Shown: positions 1 to 8,046 of the stretch, piece by piece
How the letters are laid out: each line of letters begins with the position of its first letter
Numbering within the stretch: the stretch's first letter is position 1
NCBI GenBank assembly: GCA_038108555.1
Contig: JAYNIA010000040.1
Location: forward strand, 1 to 23,971
DNA from: Nitrospinota bacterium
GTDB lineage: Bacteria > Nitrospinota > Nitrospinia > Nitrospinales > VA-1
Reading direction: 5' to 3'
DNA length: 23,971 nt
The notes under the pieces: model-generated
Seen by the model: only the letters and a program-made list of their open reading frames with translations
What the model was told of the DNA's origin: nothing
Database searches by the model: none
Made by a program: the position numbers and the translations under genes

Positions 1-264
1 CAAAAGGAAAAAGGCGGGGAAGAAAAAAGTGGAGCAGGGCAGGCGGTCAATGACTTTTAGATTGAAACCAAAATTAAAGGACAGCTGTTAACCAACGGAA
101 ATGTAAGTTCGGTAAACTATTTTTATCGCTCTGTGCAGAACAAGGTTTATGTGATCGGTGAATCGGCCAGTAGCCTTGAAAAGGATCTGGTTTTGACAAT
201 TATCCGTGAAACAGAAGGGGTAAAATCAGTAACAGAGCATATTGAGGTCACACCCTCCAGTTAA
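1..264 (+). pseudogene. 3' part of a BON-domain (OsmY/DolP-like) gene with an internal TAG at 58-60; possible pseudogene or sequencing error
   Basis: Manual frame +1 translation: QKEKGGEEKSGAGQAVNDF*IETKIKGQLLTNGNVSSVNYFYRSVQNKVYVIGESASSLEKDLVLTIIRETEGVKSVTEHIEVTPSS* (TAA 262-264). It matches the BON pattern D-x-W-I-x-T-K-I-K...V-Y-x-x-G...GVKSV. Not in the supplied ORF track. Confidence 0.7.
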
Positions 265-289
265 GTATTATAAAAACACCAATTCCGAT

Positions 290-330
290 AAAAGGGCTGA
301 CAGGTTTACCTGTCAGCCCTTTTTATTTTT
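290..330 (+). terminator. Rho-independent terminator, probably bidirectional
   Basis: Perfect 15-bp stem AAAAGGGCTGACAGG (290-304) / CCTGTCAGCCCTTTT (309-323), loop TTTA, then TATTTTT; 25 nt after the BON stop. Confidence 0.9.
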
Positions 331-453
331 ACCCGTTTTTGAAAATTTTTGGCATCCCAAAGCTATAAAGAAATGTTAGATTCCATTAGGAGTGTTTTAT
401 TTTTTTTTCACCGGAGCCTGATCCCCAAGTTCCAACCATTCAAATAAAAATGT

Positions 454-1731
454 ATGAAAAAAACTTTTGGGTTATTTTTTTCCGTCCTGCTTTTTTTCCT
501 GTTTGTTCAACAGGGTTGGGCCTTAACCGAAAAAGCGCAGGACATTTTTGAACGCTTCAGTCCATCCGTCTACCAAATCCAGGTCATTGATCTGGGGTCC
601 GGTGAAAAGTCTGCCATTGGTTCCGGTTTTGTGTTTTCAGACGATGGCCTTTTTGCAACCAACTACCATGTTGTGGAAACGGTACTGGAAAAACCCGAGA
701 GATACAGGATCGAGTACCGAAATGATGCCGGGGAGCACGGAACGCTGAAAATAAAAGCCATTAATGTAACCAACGACATCGCCATTTTAAAAGGAGATAC
801 CGCTGGTTTGCGATCTGTTTCTCTTTCCATCCAAAAATTGTCTAAAGGAGATCGAATTTTTCCCATGGGAAACCCCCTGGATTTGGGGATGACCATTATA
901 GAAGGAACCTATAATGGATTGGTCGGGCAAATTTCTTACCAGCGCATTTTTCTGTCTGCAAGCTTAAATCCCGGGATGAGTGGCGGACCGGCTTTCGATG
1001 GAAATGGAAAGGTGATTGGGGTGAATGTCGCTATCAAGGGCCGGGGGCTAGGTTATCTCATCCCCGTTGAATATTTACTGAATCTGGCTCATGAAACTAA
1101 AGGTAATGAAACTTTGGAAGACTGGCAGGAAGTGGTTCAAAGTCAAATATTGGGAAAATATCGAATGGTTATAGAAAAGCTCTTGAAAGAAAAATTTTCT
1201 TTCGAGAAATTTGGCTCTATGAATGTTCCCCTGGGCATTCTACCCAAAATTCTAAAATGCTGGGGCCAGAGTAAAGCGGAAGATGTAGAAGAGGGACGAT
1301 TTGTTTCGTTTGTCGCAAAATGGTGTCAAAGTGAAGATGATATTTATCTTTCTTCGGGATTCAATACAGGAAATATTGGTTATTCTTTCACGGCTCTTGA
1401 AAGTAAAAGTTTGACTTCTCCCTATTTCTATAAAGCCTACTCCGAAGAATTTTCTGAAAAGCGTTTTTTTTCCAAGGGAATCGAAAAAAACGTATCGGAG
1501 TTCGATTGTCAGGATGGTTTCGTTAAGTTTGCCGGTCGTGAATGGAAAGCCTTCCATTGTGTGCGTCAGTACAAAAAGTTTCCTTTGCTGTACGATTCGT
1601 TTCTTAGTTTTGCTGTGTTGGGTGAGACTCATCGCGGCCATATAATTCAAGTGGGACTCGCAGGAGTCAATGAGGAACTTTCCAGTTCTTTCGTTAAAAA
1701 GCTGTTGGGGGGAATTCAATGGGTCGATTGA
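454..1731 (+). CDS. Secreted trypsin-like (S1C) serine protease, no PDZ, with an uncharacterised Cys-containing C-terminal domain
   Basis: Signal peptide (…QQGWA). Motifs GSGFV, TNYHVV (His), NDIAIL (Asp), GNPLDLG, NPGMSGGP (Ser). Confidence 0.88.
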   Translation: MKKTFGLFFSVLLFFLFVQQGWALTEKAQDIFERFSPSVYQIQVIDLGSGEKSAIGSGFVFSDDGLFATNYHVVETVLEKPERYRIEYRNDAGEHGTLKIKAINVTNDIAILKGDTAGLRSVSLSIQKLSKGDRIFPMGNPLDLGMTIIEGTYNGLVGQISYQRIFLSASLNPGMSGGPAFDGNGKVIGVNVAIKGRGLGYLIPVEYLLNLAHETKGNETLEDWQEVVQSQILGKYRMVIEKLLKEKFSFEKFGSMNVPLGILPKILKCWGQSKAEDVEEGRFVSFVAKWCQSEDDIYLSSGFNTGNIGYSFTALESKSLTSPYFYKAYSEEFSEKRFFSKGIEKNVSEFDCQDGFVKFAGREWKAFHCVRQYKKFPLLYDSFLSFAVLGETHRGHIIQVGLAGVNEELSSSFVKKLLGGIQWVD

Positions 1732-2678
1732 TTGTCGAATTGTTGCCTTCCCAGGGTATCAAAGCCGAACGTTTATTTACTTTTGAAAATGGGAGATTCA
1801 CCATCGGCAGGTCTTATGCCAATGACATCATTCTTAATGATATGTATGTGTCCGGAGAGCATGTCTCCATTTCCAATTCGAATGGAAATATTTATATTAC
1901 TGACCTGACCAGCGAAAACGGAACCGAAATTGAGGGAGGAACAATCCTCAAAAGCCAGTCGGCAAAAATTGGATCTGGTGAAGAGGTTTGCATCGGAAAA
2001 ACCAGGTTCAAAGTTTTTCTGCCAGACCATCCCGTCCACCCCGCCAAGTTTAAAGACAAACTGAATGCATTGCGAAATGCCCTGGATAGTGGGTGGGTGG
2101 CTTTGGTTTCCTCTTTAATAGTTTGTGGTCTTTATATCCTTTTTCATTATTTTGATGAGCCCAGTGAAAAGTTTTGGAAGAAAGAAGTCTGGGTTGCTGT
2201 TTTCATTTACCTGTTTATTGTTTTTATTTATGTCGGAATATTAGGGCTGATCAGTTATTTAAAATTTCATAGACCCTATTTCAATCGCCATCTGGCGGTA
2301 GCGAATCTGGGGGGAATCTATTCCCTGTTTTTCATGCATTTTGAAACATTTATTTTGTTTTGGGTGACAAACAATTCAGTGGAAATTTTTATTGTTTTGG
2401 TTAGCAGTTTTGTAACAACGTTGGCCATGCTATGGGCCAGTTCCCGATTAACGAAAGATACATTTAAAGCAGGGGACTGGGTCCGGCTTTCTATCGCTGC
2501 TGTTATTCTGACCCTGCCTGCCTTGTTAATGGAAGATTCGGTGAGATTGAGTTATTCAGGGGATCTAAAAAATAAACCGATGCTGGCTCCTTATCTTAAA
2601 CCTCTTTCGGAACCAGTATCTCTGGAAAGTTTTTTGGATAATTCAAAAATCCTCTTCGAGGATAAAAGTGATTCGTAG
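1719..2678 (+). CDS. FHA-domain polytopic membrane protein
   Basis: N-terminal FHA motifs IGR…VSGEH…DLTSENGT, followed by about 5 hydrophobic segments. Overlaps the protease by 13 nt. Confidence 0.85.
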   Translation: MGRLIVELLPSQGIKAERLFTFENGRFTIGRSYANDIILNDMYVSGEHVSISNSNGNIYITDLTSENGTEIEGGTILKSQSAKIGSGEEVCIGKTRFKVFLPDHPVHPAKFKDKLNALRNALDSGWVALVSSLIVCGLYILFHYFDEPSEKFWKKEVWVAVFIYLFIVFIYVGILGLISYLKFHRPYFNRHLAVANLGGIYSLFFMHFETFILFWVTNNSVEIFIVLVSSFVTTLAMLWASSRLTKDTFKAGDWVRLSIAAVILTLPALLMEDSVRLSYSGDLKNKPMLAPYLKPLSEPVSLESFLDNSKILFEDKSDS

Positions 2679-2700
2679 CTCTAAACTTTTTGGGGTTTGA

Positions 2701-3828
2701 TTAATTAAAACTCCGTCGTTGTAAATAAATCTCCACCGTATTTTTAAAATTGCTGGCGACGGCGATATCGCTCATGCCGCTGTGGTTGTAATCGCCACTG
2801 GTGATTGCCAATACGGTTCCTCCATCGACCACATAGTCCCGCGTTGGATAATGAAATTTTCCTTCGGTGTTTCTAACCACCAGTGAAAAATTGCTGGAGC
2901 GGGAATTGGCAACGGCCACATCTTTTAACTTGTCGGGATTGAAATTCCCAGCGGTCAAAGCGAAAGGCCCTCCGCCTCCAGAAAAGGAAATGGGTTCAGA
3001 AAAGCTGCCGTCTCCATTGGAGTAGAGCATATACAAATTATCACCCTGACCGGAAGCGAATACCAGATCGGCTTTTCCATCGTCATTCATATCCTCCAAT
3101 ATAACCGCAAGGGGAACCAGTTGTTTGGCGATGGTTTTTGATTTTTGAAAGGTGCCGTCTCCATTACCCATAAAAATTCGAATTGAACTGAAGCTGGAGC
3201 TGCTTGTAGCCAGTGCGATATCTGCATTGCCATCTGCATTGAAATCATCCGTCACTCCAGAAAAGGAGCGGGAGCCTGAAAGGTAGGTTTGCCCTTTTTT
3301 AAAGTAACCATCGCCGCTGCCAAGATAAATTTCCATTTGATCGAAGGTCAGCGTAACCGCAGCATCGAGTTTTTTATCATTATTGAAATCAGCCAGGATG
3401 ACATTTAGAGGAACTTTCCCGGTTTTTATAGGAATGGGTTTTCTAAAACTGCCATCCCCATTCCCCGGTAAAACCACAAACATCTCCTCTCCCCGTGAAT
3501 TAACAACGAGGTCCGGGATCCCGTCCCGATTGATATCCCCGGTGGCAGCCATGGTGGGTTCTGCGGCAACTCGAATTTGGCGGGGATTATGAAATGTACC
3601 ATCGCCTTTTCCATAAATGAGGCTCAGGCTGCTGTCCTTTGAATTGACCGTCACCAGATCGGGTTCGCCATCCTGATTGAGATCGTGTGTCAGCAGGTAG
3701 GCAGGTCCTTTTCCGACAGTGATGACATCGAATTTATAGAATAAATCCGGAGGGGGAGAGGGCAGGTCGCAGCCCCCAAAGCCCAAAAAGGATACAATCC
3801 AAAAAATGAGGATATTTCGTCGTTCCAT
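2701..3828 (-). CDS. FG-GAP/VCBS-repeat lipoprotein (integrin-alpha-like beta-propeller)
   Basis: Lipobox-like FLGFGG-C20. Seven D-x-N-x-D-type repeats: DLNQDG, DINRDG, DFNNDK, DFNADG, DMNDDG, NFNPDK, DYNHSG. Recurring GNGDGTF motifs. Confidence 0.88.
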   Translation of the reverse strand: MERRNILIFWIVSFLGFGGCDLPSPPPDLFYKFDVITVGKGPAYLLTHDLNQDGEPDLVTVNSKDSSLSLIYGKGDGTFHNPRQIRVAAEPTMAATGDINRDGIPDLVVNSRGEEMFVVLPGNGDGSFRKPIPIKTGKVPLNVILADFNNDKKLDAAVTLTFDQMEIYLGSGDGYFKKGQTYLSGSRSFSGVTDDFNADGNADIALATSSSSFSSIRIFMGNGDGTFQKSKTIAKQLVPLAVILEDMNDDGKADLVFASGQGDNLYMLYSNGDGSFSEPISFSGGGGPFALTAGNFNPDKLKDVAVANSRSSNFSLVVRNTEGKFHYPTRDYVVDGGTVLAITSGDYNHSGMSDIAVASNFKNTVEIYLQRRSFN

Positions 3829-3871
3829 TAATAAGAGTGGGAAGTTAGTTAAAACCCTGTTTTTAAATTTC

Positions 3872-3900
3872 TTGATTTTATTTGGAGCCTGTGAAAAGAT
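3872..3900 (+). promoter_or_regulatory. Putative sigma70 promoter of the rpsF operon
   Basis: TTGATT-N17-AAAGAT with an extended TG; an alternative -10-like GATAAT lies at about 3922. Confidence 0.35.
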
Positions 3901-3954
3901 TACCTCTTTTTTGCGAAATATGATAATTTAGTGGCAAAAAAGTAGAAGAAGTTC

Positions 3955-4050
3955 ATGTCCCTTGCTCCAACTTTTGAGTTGGGGCTAATGAGGTTTGTTG
4001 GAGTCTGCAGTTTCAACAATTCCTTTCTTTAACCCAAGAGGAGGTATCTA
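3955..4050 (+). promoter_or_regulatory. Probable S6:S18 ribosomal protein autoregulatory leader RNA
   Basis: TCCCTTG (3958-3964) can pair with CAAGAGGA at the SD (4035-4042). Hairpin GCTCCAACT-TTTG-AGTTGGGGC (3964-3985) and a second hairpin at 3995-4019. Position and anti-SD architecture match known rpsF leaders. Confidence 0.6.
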
Positions 4051-4431
4051 TTGCGTTCTTACCAGAGTGTTCTGATTTTAAAACCCGATATTGAAGATTC
4101 CCGCGTGGATGAAGCTCTCGGAAAAATTGGAGAGTTCATCAAAAGTAATGGCGGAGCCATATTGAAAACAGAAAAGTGGGGAAAAAAACGTCTCGCCTAC
4201 CGAGTCAAGAAAAACCGTTTCGGAATTTATCTCAATCTATATCACACCCTTGAGCCTTCCGGCGTTGTTGACCTGGAAAAGAAATACAAGCTTTACGATC
4301 TCATTATCAAGTTCATGGTTGTTACCTTGACTGATGATGAGTTGGAAAGAGCATTGGGAAGAGAAGAAGGTGTAGGTGATGAAGAAGGTGAAGCGGCACC
4401 GGTTGCTGAAGATGAAGACGGTGACGAATAG
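4051..4431 (+). CDS. rpsF: 30S ribosomal protein S6
   Basis: TTG start with GAGGAGG SD; WGKKRLAY motif; acidic C-terminal tail. Confidence 0.97.
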   Translation: MRSYQSVLILKPDIEDSRVDEALGKIGEFIKSNGGAILKTEKWGKKRLAYRVKKNRFGIYLNLYHTLEPSGVVDLEKKYKLYDLIIKFMVVTLTDDELERALGREEGVGDEEGEAAPVAEDEDGDE

Positions 4432-4471
4432 TTTTACAACCTCAAACGATATTGGGATCGGGTAATTTAAA

Positions 4472-4864
4472 ATGGCATCTTTCAACAAAGTTTTATTAAT
4501 GGGTAATCTAACGAGGGATCCTGAACTGCGCTATACCTCGGGAGGCACAGCGGTAGCAAGCTTTGGACTCGCAGTAAACCGAAAGTTCAAGCAAGGCGAG
4601 GAATGGAAAGATGAGGTTTGTTTCGTAGATATTACTGTTTGGGCAAAACAAGGTGAGAATTGCGCAGAATATTTAAATAAAGGAAGCCTTGCATTTATTG
4701 AAGGAAGATTGAATTACCAGACCTGGGAAGCAGATGGTGGCCAGAAGCGAAGTAAATTGGAAGTGGTTGCCAACAACGTACAATTTTTATCCAAGCAGGG
4801 TACAAAAATGGATATGGGCTCTGGCCCGGCTCCAGTCCCTGCTGATGACGATATTCCATTTTAA
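4472..4864 (+). CDS. ssb: Single-stranded DNA-binding protein
   Basis: NKVLLMGNLTRDPELRYT; C-terminal DDDIPF. Confidence 0.98.
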   Translation: MASFNKVLLMGNLTRDPELRYTSGGTAVASFGLAVNRKFKQGEEWKDEVCFVDITVWAKQGENCAEYLNKGSLAFIEGRLNYQTWEADGGQKRSKLEVVANNVQFLSKQGTKMDMGSGPAPVPADDDIPF

Positions 4865-4891
4865 TTAAACTAAAGAAAAAAGAAGGAAATT

Positions 4892-5137
4892 ATGGCTGAA
4901 CAAACAAAAAAACGTTCATTTTTTTCACAAAAAATCTGTCGCTTTTGCAACGATGACGACAGCAAGGTCTATATCGATTTTTTCGATGTTAAAGCCTTGA
5001 AACCCCTGATCTCCGAGAGAGGAAAAATTATTCCTTCAAGGATTTCTGGAAACTGCGCCAAGTGCCAGAGATTATTAACAAAGGCAATTAAGAGAGCACG
5101 TAATATTGCCTTGTTACCTTTTTCTGTTCAGCACTGA
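4892..5137 (+). CDS. rpsR: 30S ribosomal protein S18 (Zn-binding form)
   Basis: CRFC…[20 protein letters not shown]…[13 protein letters not shown]. Confidence 0.97.
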   Translation: MAEQTKKRSFFSQKICRFCNDDDSKVYIDFFDVKALKPLISERGKIIPSRISGNCAKCQRLLTKAIKRARNIALLPFSVQH

Positions 5138-5139
5138 TT

Positions 5140-6093
5140 TTGGAAAAAGAACCACAGCCACCAAATTTTTTGTTGCCTGTTGTTCTGGTTTTTGCCCTTT
5201 TATTTGCGCTGGCAGTTTTTCCACCATTAGGTGCATTGGTTGGGGTTTTATCGCCTTTCCCGCTTGTTTTTATTTTTCTGCAGCGCGGGAAGCAAATGGC
5301 GCTGGTTTTGATGGCCCTGATTTTTGCGGTCCTTTGGTTTTTGGTAGGGCAGAATCAGGCTCTGCTGTTCATGGCCGAATATGCGGTGATGGCACTTGTT
5401 TTGGGCGAAATGGTTCGAGCCCGGTTTCCTGGTGATTGGTGTATCGGGGCTTCTGCCCTGATTTCAGGAGGTGTCTCCCTTTTACTTCTGGTATCACTTC
5501 TGGGAGATCAGGAAACCTCGGTTAAGGAATTCTTTGAAAAGCAAATAAGAGCCCATTTCGCACAGTCTATAAAAAGTTTTAAGGCGATTGGCGAAAACAA
5601 GGCCGAGGTGGCGGACATGAAGGCCTTTGTTGAAAAAACGGTGGGAGGATTTGCCACTTCCTACCCGGCATTTGTCCTCGTGGGTTCTTTAGTCAGTGCA
5701 ATGGCAAATTATGGATTGTTGCGCTTGGTTTGGGGTCGGCTTTATGGTCCCGGCTTGTTTTCGAACCGAACATTTTCCGAGTGGATTTGTCCGGAAAACC
5801 TGGTCTGGGGTTTTATCGCAGCCAGCCTGGCCTTGTTTATGGGACAGGGAATGGTTGCAGATGTCGGTTTGAATTTATTCGTCATTATGATGGTTGTCTA
5901 CTTTGCTCAGGGTATGAGCATTGTGATCCATTTTTTAAAGTCCAGGAAGGTTCCGATTTTTTTCTGGATCGTTCTTTTTATCTTTATTTTTGCACAACCT
6001 CTTCTTATCGGGCTGGTAGCCGGGTTGGGAGTATTTGATATCTGGGTGGATTTCAGAAAATTAAGAAATCCATTGCCAGATCAGGAAGGTTAG
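5140..6093 (+). CDS. DUF2232 / YybS-family membrane protein
   Basis: Polytopic hydrophobic protein with QGMS and GLGVFDIWVDFRK motifs, in the conserved position between rpsR and rplI; TTG start. Confidence 0.9.
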   Translation: MEKEPQPPNFLLPVVLVFALLFALAVFPPLGALVGVLSPFPLVFIFLQRGKQMALVLMALIFAVLWFLVGQNQALLFMAEYAVMALVLGEMVRARFPGDWCIGASALISGGVSLLLLVSLLGDQETSVKEFFEKQIRAHFAQSIKSFKAIGENKAEVADMKAFVEKTVGGFATSYPAFVLVGSLVSAMANYGLLRLVWGRLYGPGLFSNRTFSEWICPENLVWGFIAASLALFMGQGMVADVGLNLFVIMMVVYFAQGMSIVIHFLKSRKVPIFFWIVLFIFIFAQPLLIGLVAGLGVFDIWVDFRKLRNPLPDQEG

Positions 6094-6117
6094 TCGTCTA
6101 AGGAAAGGAAAAATTTT

Positions 6118-6627
6118 ATGAAGCTGTTGTTGAAAGAAGATGTAGACGGTCTCGGGTTTTGTGGGGATGAGGTCGAAGTAAAAGATGGTTATGGGAGAAA
6201 CTTTTTGATCCCCAAAGGCAAGGCTCTGCTGGCCACACCGAATAACTTGAAAGCTTTTAATCATCAAAAGCGAATTGTTCAGGCGAAAGTTAAAAAGGTG
6301 GTTGGTGCCGCCCAGGGTATTGCAGATGAAATTAATAAGGTGTCCATCGAAACCAAGAAAAAAATGGGCGAAGGTGGGAAAATGTTTGGCTCTGTGACCG
6401 CGCAGGAAATTTCTGATTTGCTGAAAGCCAAAGGCATCGAAGTAGATCGACGCAAAATTCAGATGCAGGAACCCATCAAAAAAGCGGGTGAATTTTCTAT
6501 TCCCGTAAAATTGCATCCTGAAGTAACGGCACAAATCAAACTTACCGTTGAAGGCGAAAATGCAGTAGAAAAAACGGAAACGGAAGAAGCAAAGGAAGCA
6601 CCGGAACAACCTCAGGAAAAAGAATAA
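6118..6627 (+). CDS. rplI: 50S ribosomal protein L9
   Basis: GDEVEVKDGYGRNFLIPKG; GKMFGSVT; KLHPEV. Confidence 0.98.
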   Translation: MKLLLKEDVDGLGFCGDEVEVKDGYGRNFLIPKGKALLATPNNLKAFNHQKRIVQAKVKKVVGAAQGIADEINKVSIETKKKMGEGGKMFGSVTAQEISDLLKAKGIEVDRRKIQMQEPIKKAGEFSIPVKLHPEVTAQIKLTVEGENAVEKTETEEAKEAPEQPQEKE

Positions 6628-6653
6628 TCCTTTTGGGTTGAGGAAACTAAATC

Positions 6654-8042
6654 ATGGCTGATGCCCTGACCGAAATCTCTCTTAACAAGCTCCCGCCTTA
6701 TAACAAAGAGGCTGAGCAGAGTGTGTTAGGGGCCTGTTTCCATTCAGCAGAAGCCATCGCCAAAGCGCTTGAGGTGCTTAGCGAGGAAGATTTTTATAAG
6801 GCGGCAAATAAAAAAATCTTCGTTGTTATGCGGGAACAGTTTGAGGCCAACGAGCCGATCGATGTTCTTGCAATTGCCGATCGACTCCGAAAAAAGGATG
6901 AGCTGGAAAATGTAGGAGGCTTGGAATACCTGAGCCTTCTGGAGGATTATGTTCCCACCGCCACAGCCGTTGGCCATCACGCAAAAATTCTTAGAGAAAA
7001 AAAGATCCTGCGGGACCTGATTCAAACAGCGACCGATATTGTCTCAAATAGTTATAGCGATAGAGACGATGTCGATACGCTTTTGGACAAAGCCGAACAG
7101 TCCATTTTCGAAATTTCAGAGAAAAGGACCAAACCCAGCTTTTTCAAACTTCCGGATGTAATTCGGGAAAACGTCTCCAATCTGGAAAAACTTTCCATGA
7201 AGCCCGGTATGGTTACCGGCATCTCCAGTGGGTTCACAGATCTTGACAATATGACTTCGGGCTTCCAGCCTTCTGATCTGATCATCCTGGCAGCAAGACC
7301 AAGTATGGGGAAGACCAGTTTCGCTTTGGATATTGCGCGTTTTGTTTCTTTGCACGAAGGAATCCCTACGGCTATTTTCAGTCTGGAAATGTCAAAGCAG
7401 CAATTGGGTGTACGCCTGCTTTGTTCTCAGGCGAAGGTGGACTCATCCAAAGTGCGCACTGGCTACCTGGCCAAAAGTGACTGGCCCAAAGTGCATGATG
7501 CAGGACGCAGATTGTCAGAAGCAAAAATGTTTATTGATGATAGTGCCGCGCTCTCCGTTCTGGATGTACGGGCAAGGGCCCGCCGGTTAGCCGCAGAGCA
7601 ACCCCTTGGGCTCATCATTATCGATTACCTTCAATTGATGCAGGGACGTGGAAGTTCCGAAAGCCGACAATTGGAAGTTTCAGAAATCTCCCGAGGATTA
7701 AAAGCTCTGGCTAAAGAACTCAATGTCCCCATCATTGCTTTGTCCCAGTTGAGTCGAGCCGTTGAAAGCCGTACAGACAAGCGGCCCATGCTCTCTGATC
7801 TCAGAGAGTCAGGTTCCATTGAGCAGGATGCAGATGTGGTTATGTTCATCTATCGTGATGTTGTTTATAACCCGGAAACCGATGATCCGGGGAAAACTGA
7901 AATCCTTCTGAGGAAACAAAGAAACGGGCCTATCGGTGATGTGCGATTACATTTTGAAAACCAGTTCACCCGCTTTTTTGATAGAGCCGAACGTGAAGAT
8001 GTGCACCCCGAGGCCGATTCACAGGATTTTGGCGGTTTTTGA
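6654..8042 (+). CDS. dnaB: Replicative DNA helicase
   Basis: EAEQSVLGA; Walker A ARPSMGKT; IIIDYLQL; DLRESGSIEQDAD; KQRNGP. No intein. Confidence 0.98.
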   Translation: MADALTEISLNKLPPYNKEAEQSVLGACFHSAEAIAKALEVLSEEDFYKAANKKIFVVMREQFEANEPIDVLAIADRLRKKDELENVGGLEYLSLLEDYVPTATAVGHHAKILREKKILRDLIQTATDIVSNSYSDRDDVDTLLDKAEQSIFEISEKRTKPSFFKLPDVIRENVSNLEKLSMKPGMVTGISSGFTDLDNMTSGFQPSDLIILAARPSMGKTSFALDIARFVSLHEGIPTAIFSLEMSKQQLGVRLLCSQAKVDSSKVRTGYLAKSDWPKVHDAGRRLSEAKMFIDDSAALSVLDVRARARRLAAEQPLGLIIIDYLQLMQGRGSSESRQLEVSEISRGLKALAKELNVPIIALSQLSRAVESRTDKRPMLSDLRESGSIEQDADVVMFIYRDVVYNPETDDPGKTEILLRKQRNGPIGDVRLHFENQFTRFFDRAEREDVHPEADSQDFGGF

Positions 8043-8046
8043 TTCG

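Noticed and set aside
58..60. Genome-wide TAG reassignment or pyrrolysine
   Set aside because: TAG terminates several conserved genes in this window at their expected ends, and no pyl genes are seen.
400..408. T9 homopolymer upstream of the protease as a phase-variation tract
   Set aside because: A/T runs of 7-9 nt are frequent throughout this window.
7936..8046. N-terminal extension of the TPR ORF overlapping dnaB
   Set aside because: It would bury the signal peptide; starts at 8047 or 8083 fit better.
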